Below are positions 31,160 to 42,057 of a stretch of DNA of 64,000 bases, piece after piece. The notes beneath the pieces are model-generated. The model was not told the origin of the DNA. It worked only from the letters and a program-made list of their open reading frames with translations, and searched no databases. The stretch covers positions 1,312,001 through 1,376,000 of the forward strand of contig CBDBDQ010000005.1 of assembly GCA_965203905.1 (NCBI GenBank), written 5' to 3'. Source of the DNA: Spirochaetia bacterium. Lineage in GTDB: Bacteria > Spirochaetota > Spirochaetia > SZUA-6 > Bin103. Both the position numbers and the translations under genes were made by a program. Position 1 is the stretch's first letter, and every line of letters begins with the position of its first letter.

Positions 31160-32372
31160 CTACCGGTCGCCGGGTGCGGGCATGCGGTAGCCTACCCCGC
31201 GCTCGTTGAAGATGTAGGCGGGGCGGGCGGGGGCGTCGCCCAGCTTGCCGCGCAGCTTCTTCACGAACGTACGCACCAATTCCGAATCGCCGGTGGGGAG
31301 CCTGCCCCACACCTGCCGCAGCAGCGAATCGTAGGTCAATACCCGTCCCGCGTTGACCGAGAGCACCCGCAGCAGTTCGTATTCGGTCACCGTCAGCCGT
31401 ATCGGCCGCCCGCCCACGGTCACGCGCCGCTGCTCGTAGTCGATCGCCAGGTCGGCCAGCAGGAACGGTTCCGGCCTGGATCGCTTGCGCAGCGCCGCCC
31501 GCACTCGCGCCGTCAACTCCGTCGGTGAGAACGGCTTGACGATGTAGTCGGCGGCGCCCGCTTCCAACGCCCGGGCGATCGTCTCGTCCCGGCCGTAGGC
31601 GGAGATGAAGATGACCGGAATGTCGGACAGCTCGGGGACCGACTCCAGCAGCTCGATGCCATCGGACCCGGGCAACAGCAGGTCGAGCAGCACCAGCTGC
31701 GGCTTCCTGGTCTCGATGAGGTGCGACAACTCCCGCGGATCGCCCGTCATCGATGGGGCGTAGCCGGCCGTGGTGAGCGCGTCGCGGACGTAGTGCAGGG
31801 TCAGCGGGTCGTCATCCACCACCAGAATGCCAGCGCGCTCACTGCCGTCGCGGGGCGGGCGCGCACGGATCGGGGCGGCGACAGCCTCTTCGACCGCCGG
31901 CAGCGTAAACGTGAACCGCGTCCCCCGGCCCGGCCCCTCGCTCTCGGCCCGGATGCGCCCTCCGTGAGCCTCCACCAGCCCCTTGCAGATAGCCAGCCCC
32001 AGGCCCGCCCCGCGACCCAGCGCGCCCTCGTCGCCGCCCACCGCGACGTGCTTGCGGAACAGGTACGGCAGCCGCTCCGGCGCCACGCCCCTGCCTTCGT
32101 CGGTAACCGAGATCGCCACCTCGGCGCCATCGTGCAACGCCTCGACCCGGATCGGGGCGGACTCCTGAGAGTACCGCGCGGCGTTGGAGAACAGGTTGTT
32201 CAGCACCTGCACGATGCGCCGCTCATCCGCCATCACCCGCGGCAGCTCCGGCGGCAGGTCGATGTGCAGGGTGTGCCGGGCGCCGCCACTCAGGAACGTG
32301 CTGCGCGCCTGGTCCACCAGGGCGGACACCTCCACGGGACCGAGGTCCACCGACAGCGTGCCGGTGTCAATG
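31160..32372 (-). pseudogene. 3' part (HATPase-REC-winged helix) of a hybrid sensor kinase/response regulator interrupted by IS21
   Basis: QVLNNLFSNAARYS, DEGRG, GLGLAICK, ILVVDDD, DLLLPG, ADYIVKPFS, GVGYRM. Confidence 0.9.
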
Positions 32373-32639
32373 TGCGTATTCCGGTGAAAAAAGCCACCCA
32401 TTCCGGAAATAAAAAGCCACCGGGGAGTGGTCCGACCCTGCACCAGCCAGTATAGCGGGGTGGCTTTTTTGAATCAATCTGACAGTGCGCTCAGAGCGCT
32501 CAGAGGGGGTTAAGAGCGGTAACGGCCACTTGGCCGGAGTCCTCCAGGGTGGCCTGTTGCCGGTGCCTGGTACACCGCCCTGGCTGAGGAGACTGCATCG
32601 GCGGTGGTTGGATCTGTGTAAGCGACACCGTGATGCGCT

Positions 32640-33960
32640 GGAGAGTAGCATCTGGCTGGCGGAGCGCCGTGTCGAATGGTTTGTTCGAGGTGCAGGCGTG
32701 GCGAATCGCGCGGGCCAGCGGCGCTGAGAAACGGCGTTGACGGGCATTTTTCGGATGTTCGGGGGTACCCTGGAGTACCGCCGCGGGTTGGGAAGGGCCT
32801 CAGGGGGCCGCTGAGAGGCTGACTCTGACGCCGAGCGGCGCGCTGACGGCGAAACGGCGGTGGCGGCCGGCGGCGGAGGGGTGCGAATGCCGCGATCGCG
32901 GGCGCGACGGTGTTCATGCTGGCGTGCTGCCGCGACCTCGACCGGTGGCCCGGCGGCAGGCAGCGGTAGTCGGCGCGGAACAGCAACCGGCGACCGCACG
33001 CGGTGCCTTCGATTTGTGGGTCCAGGCGGAGCCGGTGCGGGCGGACCGCGCGGGCCAGCGGCGCTGAGAAACGGCGTTGACGGGCATTTTTCGGATGTTC
33101 GGGGGTACCCTGGAGTACCGCCGCGGGTTGGGAAGGGCCTCAGGGGGCCGCTGAGAGGCTGACTCTGACGCCGAGCGGCGCGCTGACGGCGAAACGGCGG
33201 TGGCGGCCGGCGGTAGAGGGGTGCGAATGCCGCGATCGCGGGCGCGACGGTGTTCATGCTGGCGTGCTGCCGCGACCTCGACCGGTGGCCCGGCGGCAGG
33301 CAGCGGTAGTTGGCTCGGAATAGCAACCGACAATCGCTCGCGGGGTGCCCTTCGATTGCGGGTCCAGGCGGACGCCGGTGTGGCGGACCGCGCGGGCCAG
33401 TGGCGCTGAGAAACGGCGTTGACGGGCATTTTTCGGATGTTCGGGGGTACCCTGGAGTACCGCCGCGGGTTGGGAAGGGCCTCAGGGGGCCGCTGAGAGG
33501 CTGACTCTGACGCCGAGCGGCGCGCTGACGGCGAAACGGCGGTGGCGGCCGGCGGTAGAGGGGTGCGAATGCCGCGATCGCGGGCGCGACGGTGTTCATG
33601 CTGGCGTGCTGCCGCGACCTCGACCGGTGGCCCGGCGGCAGGCAGCGGTAGTTGGCTCGGAATAGCAACCGACAATCGCTCGCGGGGTGCCCTTCGATTG
33701 CGGGTCCAGGCGGACGCCGGTGTGGCGGACCGCGCGGGCCAGTGGCGCTGAGAAACGGCGTTGACGGGCATTTTTCGGATGTTCGGGGGTACCCTGGAGT
33801 ACCGCCGCGGGTTGGGAAGGGCCTCAGGGGGCCGCTGAGAAGCCGACCCTGACGCCGAGCGGCGCGCTGACGGCCAAACAGCGCTGCCAGACGGTCGTGG
33901 AGGGGTCCGCATGCCCGAGATCGCCGCCGCGACGGTGCTCGTTGCTGCCGCGACCTCGTG
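32640..33960. repeat. tandem array of ~3.9 units of 340-342 bp inside the IS
   Basis: Invariant 96-bp core at 32721, 33061, 33403 and 33745. Confidence 0.95.
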
Positions 33961-34029
33961 GTGGACCACGGAGCGCCGCGCGCGGCAGCACGGCTCCTGC
34001 CCGGCGCGGTCGTGGCGCCGGCCGGGGCG

Positions 34030-34791
34030 CTATCCCAGCGGCTCGGCTGGATCCCGGTTGGCGCGCTCGGCATACAGCTTGCGCACCGAATCTCCTTCCA
34101 GGTCGATGCGGTGGGCGCCGTGCACGAGGCGATCACAGATCGCGTCGGCGATGGTGGGCTCGCCGATCACCTCATGCCAGGACGACACCGGCAACTGCGA
34201 CACCATCAGCGTCGAGGCTCGACCGTGGCGATCTTCGAGCATCTCCAGCAGTGCCAGCCGCGCCAGTGCGTCCAGCGGCTCCAGCGCAAAGTCATCGATG
34301 ATCGTCAAAGCCTGCTTGCTGATCTTCTCCAGCTCGCGGACGTAACTGCCGTCAGCCTTGGCCAGGCGCAGTTCCGCGAACAGCCGCGAGGACGCATGGT
34401 AGCCGACCCGGAACCCGCGCAGACACGCCTGGTGGCCCAGTGCGGAGGCCAGGAAGCTCTTCCCGGAGCCACATTTGCCGGTGATGATCAGGTCCTGGTG
34501 GTGCTGCACCCAGCGGCAGTCGGCCAGCCGCAGCAACTGGTTCCGGTCCAGGTTGCGGCGCAGTGCGAAGTCGACCTCCTCGATGGCGGCCGGGTAGCGA
34601 AAACGGGCCGCCTTCAGCAGCCGCTTCAGCCGCCGCTCATGGCGGTCGTCCCACTCGGCATCCACCAGGTGAGCCAGCAACTCGTCGGCGGTCCACTGGC
34701 CCTGGGTGTCGAGGCTGGTGCGCAACGCCCGCGCCATGCCGTGCAGGCGCATCTGGTCGAGCTTGTGGAGGGTAGCTTGGTTATTGGTCAT
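34030..34791 (-). CDS. istB: IS21 helper ATPase IstB
   Basis: GKCGSGKSFLA Walker A, IIDDFAL Walker B, ADAICDRLVH. Confidence 0.95.
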   Translation of the reverse strand: MTNNQATLHKLDQMRLHGMARALRTSLDTQGQWTADELLAHLVDAEWDDRHERRLKRLLKAARFRYPAAIEEVDFALRRNLDRNQLLRLADCRWVQHHQDLIITGKCGSGKSFLASALGHQACLRGFRVGYHASSRLFAELRLAKADGSYVRELEKISKQALTIIDDFALEPLDALARLALLEMLEDRHGRASTLMVSQLPVSSWHEVIGEPTIADAICDRLVHGAHRIDLEGDSVRKLYAERANRDPAEPLG

Positions 34792-34804
34792 CGTCGGACC
34801 CCCC

Positions 34805-36361
34805 TCAGTGGTAGTAGCGGCTGCCACGCACGTTGTCATGGCTGGGGAAGCTCAGCGGCTGCTGCTCTTGCTCCTCCTCCAAGCCCAGCTTCAGCATGTT
34901 CTGAATGCGGCGGTAGGAGCACAGACCGTAGGACAGCGCCCGCCGGCAGGCGCGATCGAGCCGCGCTGCGCCGTAGCTCTTCTCCAGGTTCAGGATGCCG
35001 AGGCAGGCACGGAACCCCTGCGGCGGGTACTTGGCGTCCCCTAGCACCTGCTCGATCACCGCCTCGACGTTGGGGCCGAGCGCCCGTCCCCAACGCAGAA
35101 ATCGTTCCGGACTCCACTCGGCGTACCAGCGGTGCTGCGGCGGCATGTGGTCGGGCAGCGTGGTGTAGCCACCCGGACGGCGATCACGCTGGTACTCGGC
35201 GATGCGCACGTTGTCGTAGTAGATCGTGACGGTGCGCTCGTCGTACAGCAGTTTCACCTTGGTGCGCGGATCGCGGGTGCGTAGTTGCCAGGGCACGCTG
35301 TAGTGGTGCCGGTCTTCGCGCAGCTCGACGTGATAGTTGAACCCGACCGTCACTTCGCGGGTCTGCTGCAGCGGGAAGTGGTGCGCAGGCAACGGCGCCA
35401 GGGCCGGCTGCTCGATCTGCTCGAACAGCTCACGGCGTGAGTAGGGCAGCCGCTGAAAGCGGCGCCGGTTGTGCTGCTCGAGCAGCGGCCTGATCGCCGC
35501 GTTGAGCGCCTCGAGCGAGTGGAAGGTACGATCACGCAACGGGGCGTAGATGCGCTGATAGGTCAGCCGCACCGCGTTCTCGACCAGAGCCTTGTCCCGT
35601 GCCTGGCGGACGCGGGCGGGCATGATGACGAGCCCATAGTGCTCGGCGAACGCGTCGAAGGTGGGATTGATGCCCGGCTCATAGGGGTCTGAGCGGCTCA
35701 CGGCGCTGCGCAGGTTGTCCGGGATGATGACCTGCGGGCAGCCGCCGCAGTAGCGCAGCGCGCGCTCGTTGGAGCGGATCCAGTCCTCGCTCTGTTGCGT
35801 GGCGCTGGCCTCCACGTAGGTCAGCTCGCTGGCCCCGAGGATCGCGACGAAGGTTTCCACCGCCTGCTCCTTGCCGCCCTCCGGGTCCACGATCGCCAGC
35901 CGGTCGCCGGCGTAGTCGACGAACAGCTTCTCGCCGGCCTTGTGGTCGATGTGCATGGCCACCTCGGCGCTCTTGCGCCAGCGGTGGAAATGGTGGCAGA
36001 ACTGGCTGTTCTGATAGCCGTCCGGGTGTTCGCGCAGGTACTCCTCCCAGAGCAACTGCAGCGTCACTCCCTTGCGCCGCAGCTCCTTGACCATCATCGG
36101 AAACCGCTCGACCAGCCGCTCATAGCGCGCGTTGGTGCGCGCCGCACGATTGCCCTCCAACACGCTCAGCAACTCGCTGTCGGGCAACTCCTGCGCCTGC
36201 TCCCAGGTCAGTCCGCTGCCGCGGAAGCACTCCAGGTACTTCGCCACCGCGGTGCGCGACACCTGCAGCGCGCGGCCAATCGCTCGCTCACTCAGACCGG
36301 TGGTCACCCCGTAGCGGATGACCTCCTTGATCTTCTCCATGTTGATCCTCCTGCGTGCCAT
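34805..36361 (-). CDS. istA: IS21 DDE transposase IstA
   Basis: N-terminal HTH, GEKLFVDYAG, IPDNLRSAV, ARDKALVENAV, HDNVRG..YY. Confidence 0.95.
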   Translation of the reverse strand: MARRRINMEKIKEVIRYGVTTGLSERAIGRALQVSRTAVAKYLECFRGSGLTWEQAQELPDSELLSVLEGNRAARTNARYERLVERFPMMVKELRRKGVTLQLLWEEYLREHPDGYQNSQFCHHFHRWRKSAEVAMHIDHKAGEKLFVDYAGDRLAIVDPEGGKEQAVETFVAILGASELTYVEASATQQSEDWIRSNERALRYCGGCPQVIIPDNLRSAVSRSDPYEPGINPTFDAFAEHYGLVIMPARVRQARDKALVENAVRLTYQRIYAPLRDRTFHSLEALNAAIRPLLEQHNRRRFQRLPYSRRELFEQIEQPALAPLPAHHFPLQQTREVTVGFNYHVELREDRHHYSVPWQLRTRDPRTKVKLLYDERTVTIYYDNVRIAEYQRDRRPGGYTTLPDHMPPQHRWYAEWSPERFLRWGRALGPNVEAVIEQVLGDAKYPPQGFRACLGILNLEKSYGAARLDRACRRALSYGLCSYRRIQNMLKLGLEEEQEQQPLSFPSHDNVRGSRYYH

Positions 36362-36529
36362 GCATCTCCCTCCGGTACGGATCGGGAGAGCGTAGTGGAG
36401 GATCGGACCAGACCCCGTCCGGGCAGCAGCCTCAAATTGGCTTTTTTCCGCCGGACGGGTGGCTTTTTATTTCCGGACGGCTGGCTCCCTTATAATCGGA
36501 TCAGTGGCTCTTTTGCACCGGATTCTGCA

Positions 36530-37669
36530 AATGCGACCGGCATCGAGCAGATCCCTGATCAGGCCGTCCATGTAATCGGCCTGCTGGTCGATGATGCGGA
36601 AGAACTGCCGCACCTCGGCCGGGTCCACCACGCGCAGGTTGCCCAGCGCAGTGGCCGCCAGCCCCTTGATGGAGCTCAACGGCGCCCGCAACTCGTGACT
36701 CACCATCCCCAGGAACTCCGCCCGCTGGCGCTCCAGCTCCTCCAGCGGTCCCAGGTCCTGAAGGGTCACGACCAACGACTCGACGGTACCGCCTTCGAAC
36801 TTGATCGGCGTCGCGTTCATCAGCGTCGTCACGCTCCTGCCGTCGTCCACCGACAGTACGATTTCCTCGGCGCGCACCGTGGTGGCGCTGCGCAGCGCCG
36901 CCGCCAGGGGGAACTCGTCAGAGTTGATCTCCTGCCCATCGGCGCGCCGGCAGGTCACCACCTGTAGCAGCTCCTCCATTGTCTGCCCCGGATCGAGCAG
37001 GTCCCTGACGATCCGCCGCGCCTCCTGGTTGTGCGAGACCAATTGCGCGGTCCTGGCATCGAACACCACGACGCCCACCGGGGAGGTGTCGATCAGGGCC
37101 TCCAGGTCGGCCCGCACCCGCTGCTCGTCGCGGTGCGTACGGGCGTTGGCGATCGCGGTCGCGGCCTGCGAGGCGAACAGCACCAGCACCTCCTCGTCCT
37201 CGCCCGAATACTCCTGTCCTTCTTCCTTGTCGCCGAGAAAGAAGTTGCCGATCAGCACCCCGCGATGGCGCATCGGCGTTCCCTGGAAGGTCTTTGCGGT
37301 TATGAAGTCCGAACGAAAGCCGAGCGACTGCACGTAGGCGGGCAGGTCCCGCACGCGCAGCGGGGAGGGCAGATCTCGCAAGTGTTTGAACAGCTTCATT
37401 CCGTCCGGCCAGTCCTTCAACCCCCGGCGCTCCTCCGGCGTGAGGCCGCACATGAGAAGGTCATCCAGTTTCCCCGCCTCGTCGACGGTGGTGATCAACG
37501 CATAGCGGGAGCCGGTGAGAGCGCGCGCGTTCTCGGCGATCTCGTGCAGGACGGTGTCGATATCGAGGCTCGCGCTGACGCGCAGCGCCGCCGCGCTCAG
37601 GTTCGAGATACGGTTGCGCAGCGCCTCATTCTCCCGGCCGAGCTCGTCTGCACTCTTCAATGGGCCCAT
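36530..37669 (-). pseudogene. 5' part (GAF-PAS-HisKA) of the interrupted hybrid kinase
   Basis: GAF-like region, DTSPVGVVVFD PAS, EFLGMVSHELRAPL H-box. Confidence 0.9.
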
Positions 37670-37954
37670 CCCCGTCGCGCCCCGTCGCCATGCGGTTCGA
37701 CTTCACCGGGGTGCGCACTGGTGCTGCCGAACCGTCCCATTTGGGCGAGTCCCAACGGGAATCAACAATATCGCCACTGTTTCTATCCCATTATACACAC
37801 TATGATCACCATGTTCCTCCTACAATCTCGATATGATCGCGATTGGTCACGCGGGGCAGGATGCAACGCGATGCCTATTTGAGGTCGAGCACGAAACGCG
37901 TGGCCGCCCCCGGTGGCGGGCGGGCGGCCGTGTCCGGATGCGACAGACGGACAC

Positions 37955-37983
37955 TTGCATCCTGCACGGTATTGCCGTACATA
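37955..37983 (+). promoter_or_regulatory. sigma70-like promoter with overlapping palindromic operator for higBA
   Basis: TTGCAT-17 bp-TACATA; inverted repeat TGCACGG-N5-CCGTACA. Confidence 0.55.
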
Positions 37984-37991
37984 CGCGGCAC

Positions 37992-38138
37992 ATGATCGTC
38001 CGTTCCATTCGCCATCGGGGCCTGCGCCAGCTCTACGAGAACGACTCGTCCCGGCTGCTGAAACAGGACCTCGTGGAGCGGGTGCGCGGCATCCTGGCCG
38101 CGCTGGCCATGGCGGACAACATGGAGGGGTTCATTTGA
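37992..38138 (+). pseudogene. higB: truncated HigB (RelE-like killer) toxin
   Basis: MIVRSIRHRGLRQLYE..., only 48 aa; lacks the H.L.G...S..V..NWRITF half. Confidence 0.75.
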
Positions 38139-38443
38139 TGACCAGCGGCGGCATCAAGATGGGGATGGCTCCCCCGCATCCCGGAACCTTCATCCGCATC
38201 GAGGCCCTTGAGGAGTTGGGGTTGAGCGTTTCCGCGGCGGCGCGGATTCTGGGCGTGCGCCGTGCGACGCTCTCCGACGTGCTGAACGGCAACGCGTCGC
38301 TTTCGCCGGAAATGGCGATGCGGGTCGAGAAGGCGTTCGGTCTCAGCATGGACCTGCTGTTGCGGATGCAGGCATGGCACGACGCCATGCAGATGCGGGC
38401 GCGGGCCGACGAAATCGACGTTCAGCGGTATCAGCCGGCATGA
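38138..38443 (+). CDS. higA: HigA antitoxin (Xre HTH)
   Basis: PPHPG..I....LEELGLSVSAAARILGVRRATLS..LNG..SLSPEMA.R.EKAFG. Confidence 0.92.
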   Translation: MTSGGIKMGMAPPHPGTFIRIEALEELGLSVSAAARILGVRRATLSDVLNGNASLSPEMAMRVEKAFGLSMDLLLRMQAWHDAMQMRARADEIDVQRYQPA

Positions 38444-38853
38444 GGGTCAGCCGTCCGCCACCTCGAATGCGGTGACGTTGCGCGTCTCGCGGCTGAACTC
38501 CGCCGCGGCTTCCGCCGGCGTTGGTGGTCCCGGTGTGGTCGCGGGCCGACACGGCGGCGGTGCTGCCGAGCACCTCGAATTGCGCGCTGCACTGGGTTCA
38601 ACGCGTTCTACGAAGCCCGCCGCGGTTGTCTTGCCGTACCGACACGCCTATCCTGGGACGGATAGGGACCGAGAGCCGTGGCTACGCTTGCACAATGGAC
38701 ACGGAACCTCGAACAGCGGGTGGATAGTCTGGAGATCAACCTGGCACGCTCTAAGGCCATCGGCGACGAGGCCGATGCTCAACCTGCAGGCGGTACGGAG
38801 CCGCCCCGCGGCTACCTGACCGCGCTGGTGTAGCGTGCCGGTCTGAGCTTGCC

Positions 38854-39642
38854 ATGGCATCACGTGGACCGCGCCCGGGGCGCTTCATTCTCAACTGCGA
38901 GCCGTCCGCCGGCGCCGACACCGACTGGACCTACGAGGACGCCGTCGCGGCCGGGGTCGTCGCGGCTGCCGCGGCCCGTTCGGCCGTCGACCTGCGCCGC
39001 CCCGACTGGCCGGTCAGCGACCAGGGAACTACCGGCGCCTGCGTCGGTTTCGCCACCGCCGGCGGCGTGCTTCACTGGCACTACTGGAAGGCGGGTCTGC
39101 TGCCGCCCGGCGAACGCCCCTCGCCACGCTTCATCTGGATGGCCAACAAGGAGACCGACCGGCTCACCTCCTTCCCCACCACCTTCATCGATTCCGCCGG
39201 CACCCAGACCAAGCTGGCGCTGCGCATCGCTCGCCGCTACGGCTGCGTTCTGGAGAGCACGTTGCCGATGAGCGGCAGGCTCAGCTCCCTGAGCACCGCG
39301 GCGTTCTATGCCCGAGCCGCCAAGTACCGCATCGCCAGCTACCACAACCTGCGCCGCAACCTCTCCCGGTGGCGCCGCTGGCTCTCCAACCAGGGACCGA
39401 TTCTGGCGCGCGTGGCGGTGGACCGTACCTGGGACCGGGCCACGCGCACCCACGGCGAGTTGGAGGTGTATCGACCGGACACCGAGCGCGGCGGGCACGC
39501 GGTGTGCCTGGTGGGATACACCGAGCACGGCTTCATCGTGCGCAACAGCTGGGGCGCGGGCTGGGGCGACGGCGGCTTCGCCTACGCCGCCGACGACTAC
39601 GCCGCCGACGCCATCACCGAGGCCTACGGCGCGGTACTGTAA
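38854..39642 (+). CDS. C1A papain-family cysteine peptidase
   Basis: VDLR...DQGTTGACVGFA, GGHAVCLVGY, VRNSWG.GWGDGG. Confidence 0.92.
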   Translation: MASRGPRPGRFILNCEPSAGADTDWTYEDAVAAGVVAAAAARSAVDLRRPDWPVSDQGTTGACVGFATAGGVLHWHYWKAGLLPPGERPSPRFIWMANKETDRLTSFPTTFIDSAGTQTKLALRIARRYGCVLESTLPMSGRLSSLSTAAFYARAAKYRIASYHNLRRNLSRWRRWLSNQGPILARVAVDRTWDRATRTHGELEVYRPDTERGGHAVCLVGYTEHGFIVRNSWGAGWGDGGFAYAADDYAADAITEAYGAVL

Positions 39643-39899
39643 CGCCTACCCGGTCGCCTTAGTCCATCGATTTGTCTTGCGGTTGATTGCGGCGCCGGCG
39701 GTCCACTTGCCGGGTCAGTCGGCCGCGGAGCGCAGCGACCATGATCAGGAGTGACATCACCCCGAACACGGCTGCCAGGGCGAGAAGGTCTGGATCGATC
39801 AAAGGACTCCTCCCGGTAGCCCCTCCCAGTCCCATGGTCGGCAGGCCGAATGCAAGGCTTTACCGTGGGGCCGAAAGCACACCTCTGTGCAGCCGGCAG

Positions 39900-40157
39900 G
39901 GCGTGCAGGAGCGCCTGCAGCGGGTCTGGGTCGATCTCGCAACCGGCTATGACCTGGATGGCATCCACCACGACTTCATCCGGCTTGCCACCTCGGCGTA
40001 CGACTACTCCCGTTCCTCCCTGCAGCAGTTCCAGTCCTGGGTGCGGCCCTGGTCGACGCCCAGCGGTACGAGGAACTGGCGGCCGCATTGCCGGACGACC
40101 CCTACGCCATGACCGACGCGCTGCCCGAGTTGTGGGACCGCTTCCGCCGCGACCGTG
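39900..40157 (+). pseudogene. fragment copied from the adjacent GHL10 gene
   Basis: VQERLQRVWVDLATGYDLDGIHHDFIR...ELWDRFRRD, matching ~40988-41240. Confidence 0.9.
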
Positions 40158-40339
40158 ACCGCTGGCTGGCCGGCGCCGCAGGTTCGCGCATGCGCCGCAT
40201 GCGCCGGCACCGGTTGCCCGGGATCGCCTCCGCGGGTCACAATGAGGCGTGGGGAACCGCGGGGAACGGGGTTGCCATCCCGCACTCCACGATTATCTTC
40301 TTGGGTATATCTTCTTGTGTAACGAAGTAGGTTGAGGAA

Positions 40340-41665
40340 ATGAGAACTACGAACCGGTGGCGCACCAGCGCTGTGGATCGCCAGCCAGCTCTCCGACGCG
40401 CCGCGGGCGCCGGGCTCTTGATCGTCGCTGCCCTGCTGCTCTCCTGCGCGTCAGAGCCTCCGGCGGTGCTTCCGGCCGAGACCACCGCCGAAGAACAGCC
40501 GCCTCCCGCGCGGCAGTTCGACGAGGTGCGGGCGCTGTGGGTGGCGCGTACCTCGCTCGACAGTCCGGCCGCGGTGCGAACGCTGGTGGAGCAGGCAGCC
40601 ACCAGTGGATTCAACACGCTGTTCGTCCAGGTGCGCGCCCGCGGCGACGCGCTGTACCGCTCGCTGCTGGAGCCGCCCCCGGAGTTCCTGCGCGACCAAC
40701 CGGGGTTCGATCCGCTGCAACTGGTAATCGAGGAAGCACACGCACGCGGGTTGGCGGTGCATGCGTGGGTGAACGCGTACCTGGTCTGGGGCCCCACGGA
40801 TCCGCCCGGCGACCCGAGCCACCTGGTGAATGCCCACCCCGAGTGGCTGGCCGTGCCACGGGCCCTGGGCCGTCAATTGTACGATCGCGACCCGTACGAT
40901 CCGACCTACGTGCAGCGGTTGATCGACTACGCGGCAGCCAACAGCGGGGTGGTTGAAGGACTGTATACCAGTCCGTCGCACCCGGATGTCCAGGAGCGCC
41001 TGCAGCGGGTCTGGCTCGATCTCGCAACCGGCTATGACCTGGATGGCATCCACCACGACTTCATCAGGTTTGCCACCTCGGCGTTCGACTATTCCCGCTC
41101 CTCCCTGGAGCAGTTCCAGGCCTGGGTGCGGCCTCTGATCGACGCGCAGGGGTACGAGGAACTGGCGAGCGCAGTCGGGGATGACCCCTACGCCATGGCC
41201 GACGCGCTGCCCGAGTTGTGGGACCGGTTCCGCCGCGACACCGTCACCGACCTGGTGCGCCGCGTCTACCGCGACGTAAAGGCACGGCGCCCCGAGCTCG
41301 TGGTCTCCGCGGCGGTGCTCCCCGATTGGCGCTCCGCGGCAATCTGGCAGTTTCAGGATTGGTCGTCCTGGTTGACGGACGACATCATCGATGTCGCCGT
41401 CCCGATGGCGTACACCGGCGACGACGACCAGTTTCAGGGCTGGGTCGGCGCGGCCCTGGCCACGGCCGGAGCATCCGACCGGGTGTGGGCCGGCGTCGGC
41501 GCCTACCGCAACCCGGTGGAACATACGGTACGCCAGATTGACCTGGCACGCGCCATCGGCGTCGGCGGGGTCGCCGTGTTCGCCTACCACCTGGCCTCCG
41601 CCACTCCGCCTCCTGCAGGCGCGACGCCATCCCTGGAGCGAATCGGCAACGCCGCCTTCCGCTGA
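40340..41665 (+). CDS. GHL10 / YddW-like glycoside hydrolase lipoprotein
   Basis: Lipobox LLSC, EVRALWV, FVQVRARGDALY, FDPL...AH.RGL.VHAW.N, YDLDGIH.D. Confidence 0.9.
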   Translation: MRTTNRWRTSAVDRQPALRRAAGAGLLIVAALLLSCASEPPAVLPAETTAEEQPPPARQFDEVRALWVARTSLDSPAAVRTLVEQAATSGFNTLFVQVRARGDALYRSLLEPPPEFLRDQPGFDPLQLVIEEAHARGLAVHAWVNAYLVWGPTDPPGDPSHLVNAHPEWLAVPRALGRQLYDRDPYDPTYVQRLIDYAAANSGVVEGLYTSPSHPDVQERLQRVWLDLATGYDLDGIHHDFIRFATSAFDYSRSSLEQFQAWVRPLIDAQGYEELASAVGDDPYAMADALPELWDRFRRDTVTDLVRRVYRDVKARRPELVVSAAVLPDWRSAAIWQFQDWSSWLTDDIIDVAVPMAYTGDDDQFQGWVGAALATAGASDRVWAGVGAYRNPVEHTVRQIDLARAIGVGGVAVFAYHLASATPPPAGATPSLERIGNAAFR

Positions 41666-42057
41666 GCTGCCCATGCTGCTCCGGTAGTGCCCGCACTGCC
41701 GCCGAGACCTTCTTGGCGGCCCTCCCATTCCCTCTGTGGTCGATCAGCAGGTGCGCGTAGCGCGCCACGGCCAGGTGCGTTCGGACGCCACCGAAGGGCG
41801 TCTGTCGTCCTTTTGATCTACTCCAAATGAGGGGCGCGGCGAACCTTCCAATCTCCATAAACTGACGTGCGCGCGCAACAACTCGATGGCACAGCCAACG
41901 CGACGCACCCGTTTGCTGCCAGAGAAACAAAGGATTGCAGGCGCACCGTTGCCGACGAGTGAGCCGGATCGGAGGACTACGGCGTGGATTCCAACCTGTC
42001 GGCGGGAAGTGCGTTTTCATGAGCGACTAGGACCGCGCTGCTCATGGGACATTCCTA

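Larger units (their letters stand above)
32373..36529 (-). mobile_element. IS21-family insertion sequence, 4157 bp, with internal tandem-repeat cargo
   Basis: TG...CA ends (TGCGTATTCCGGTG / CACCGGATTCTGCA), multiple subterminal AAAAGCCACC-type sites, istA-istB, AATG duplicated at 32369-32372 and 36530-36533; removal restores ...LLDAGRIDTGTLSV. Confidence 0.95.

Noticed and set aside
32640-33960. CRISPR array interpretation
   Set aside because: Repeat (96 bp) and spacers (~245 bp) are far too long, the spacers are homologous to each other, and there are no cas genes
32367-34136. 589-aa and 351-aa ORFs across the IS tandem array
   Set aside because: Pro/Arg-rich shadow translations of a 342-bp (3n) GC-rich repeat; the 340-bp unit shifts the frame
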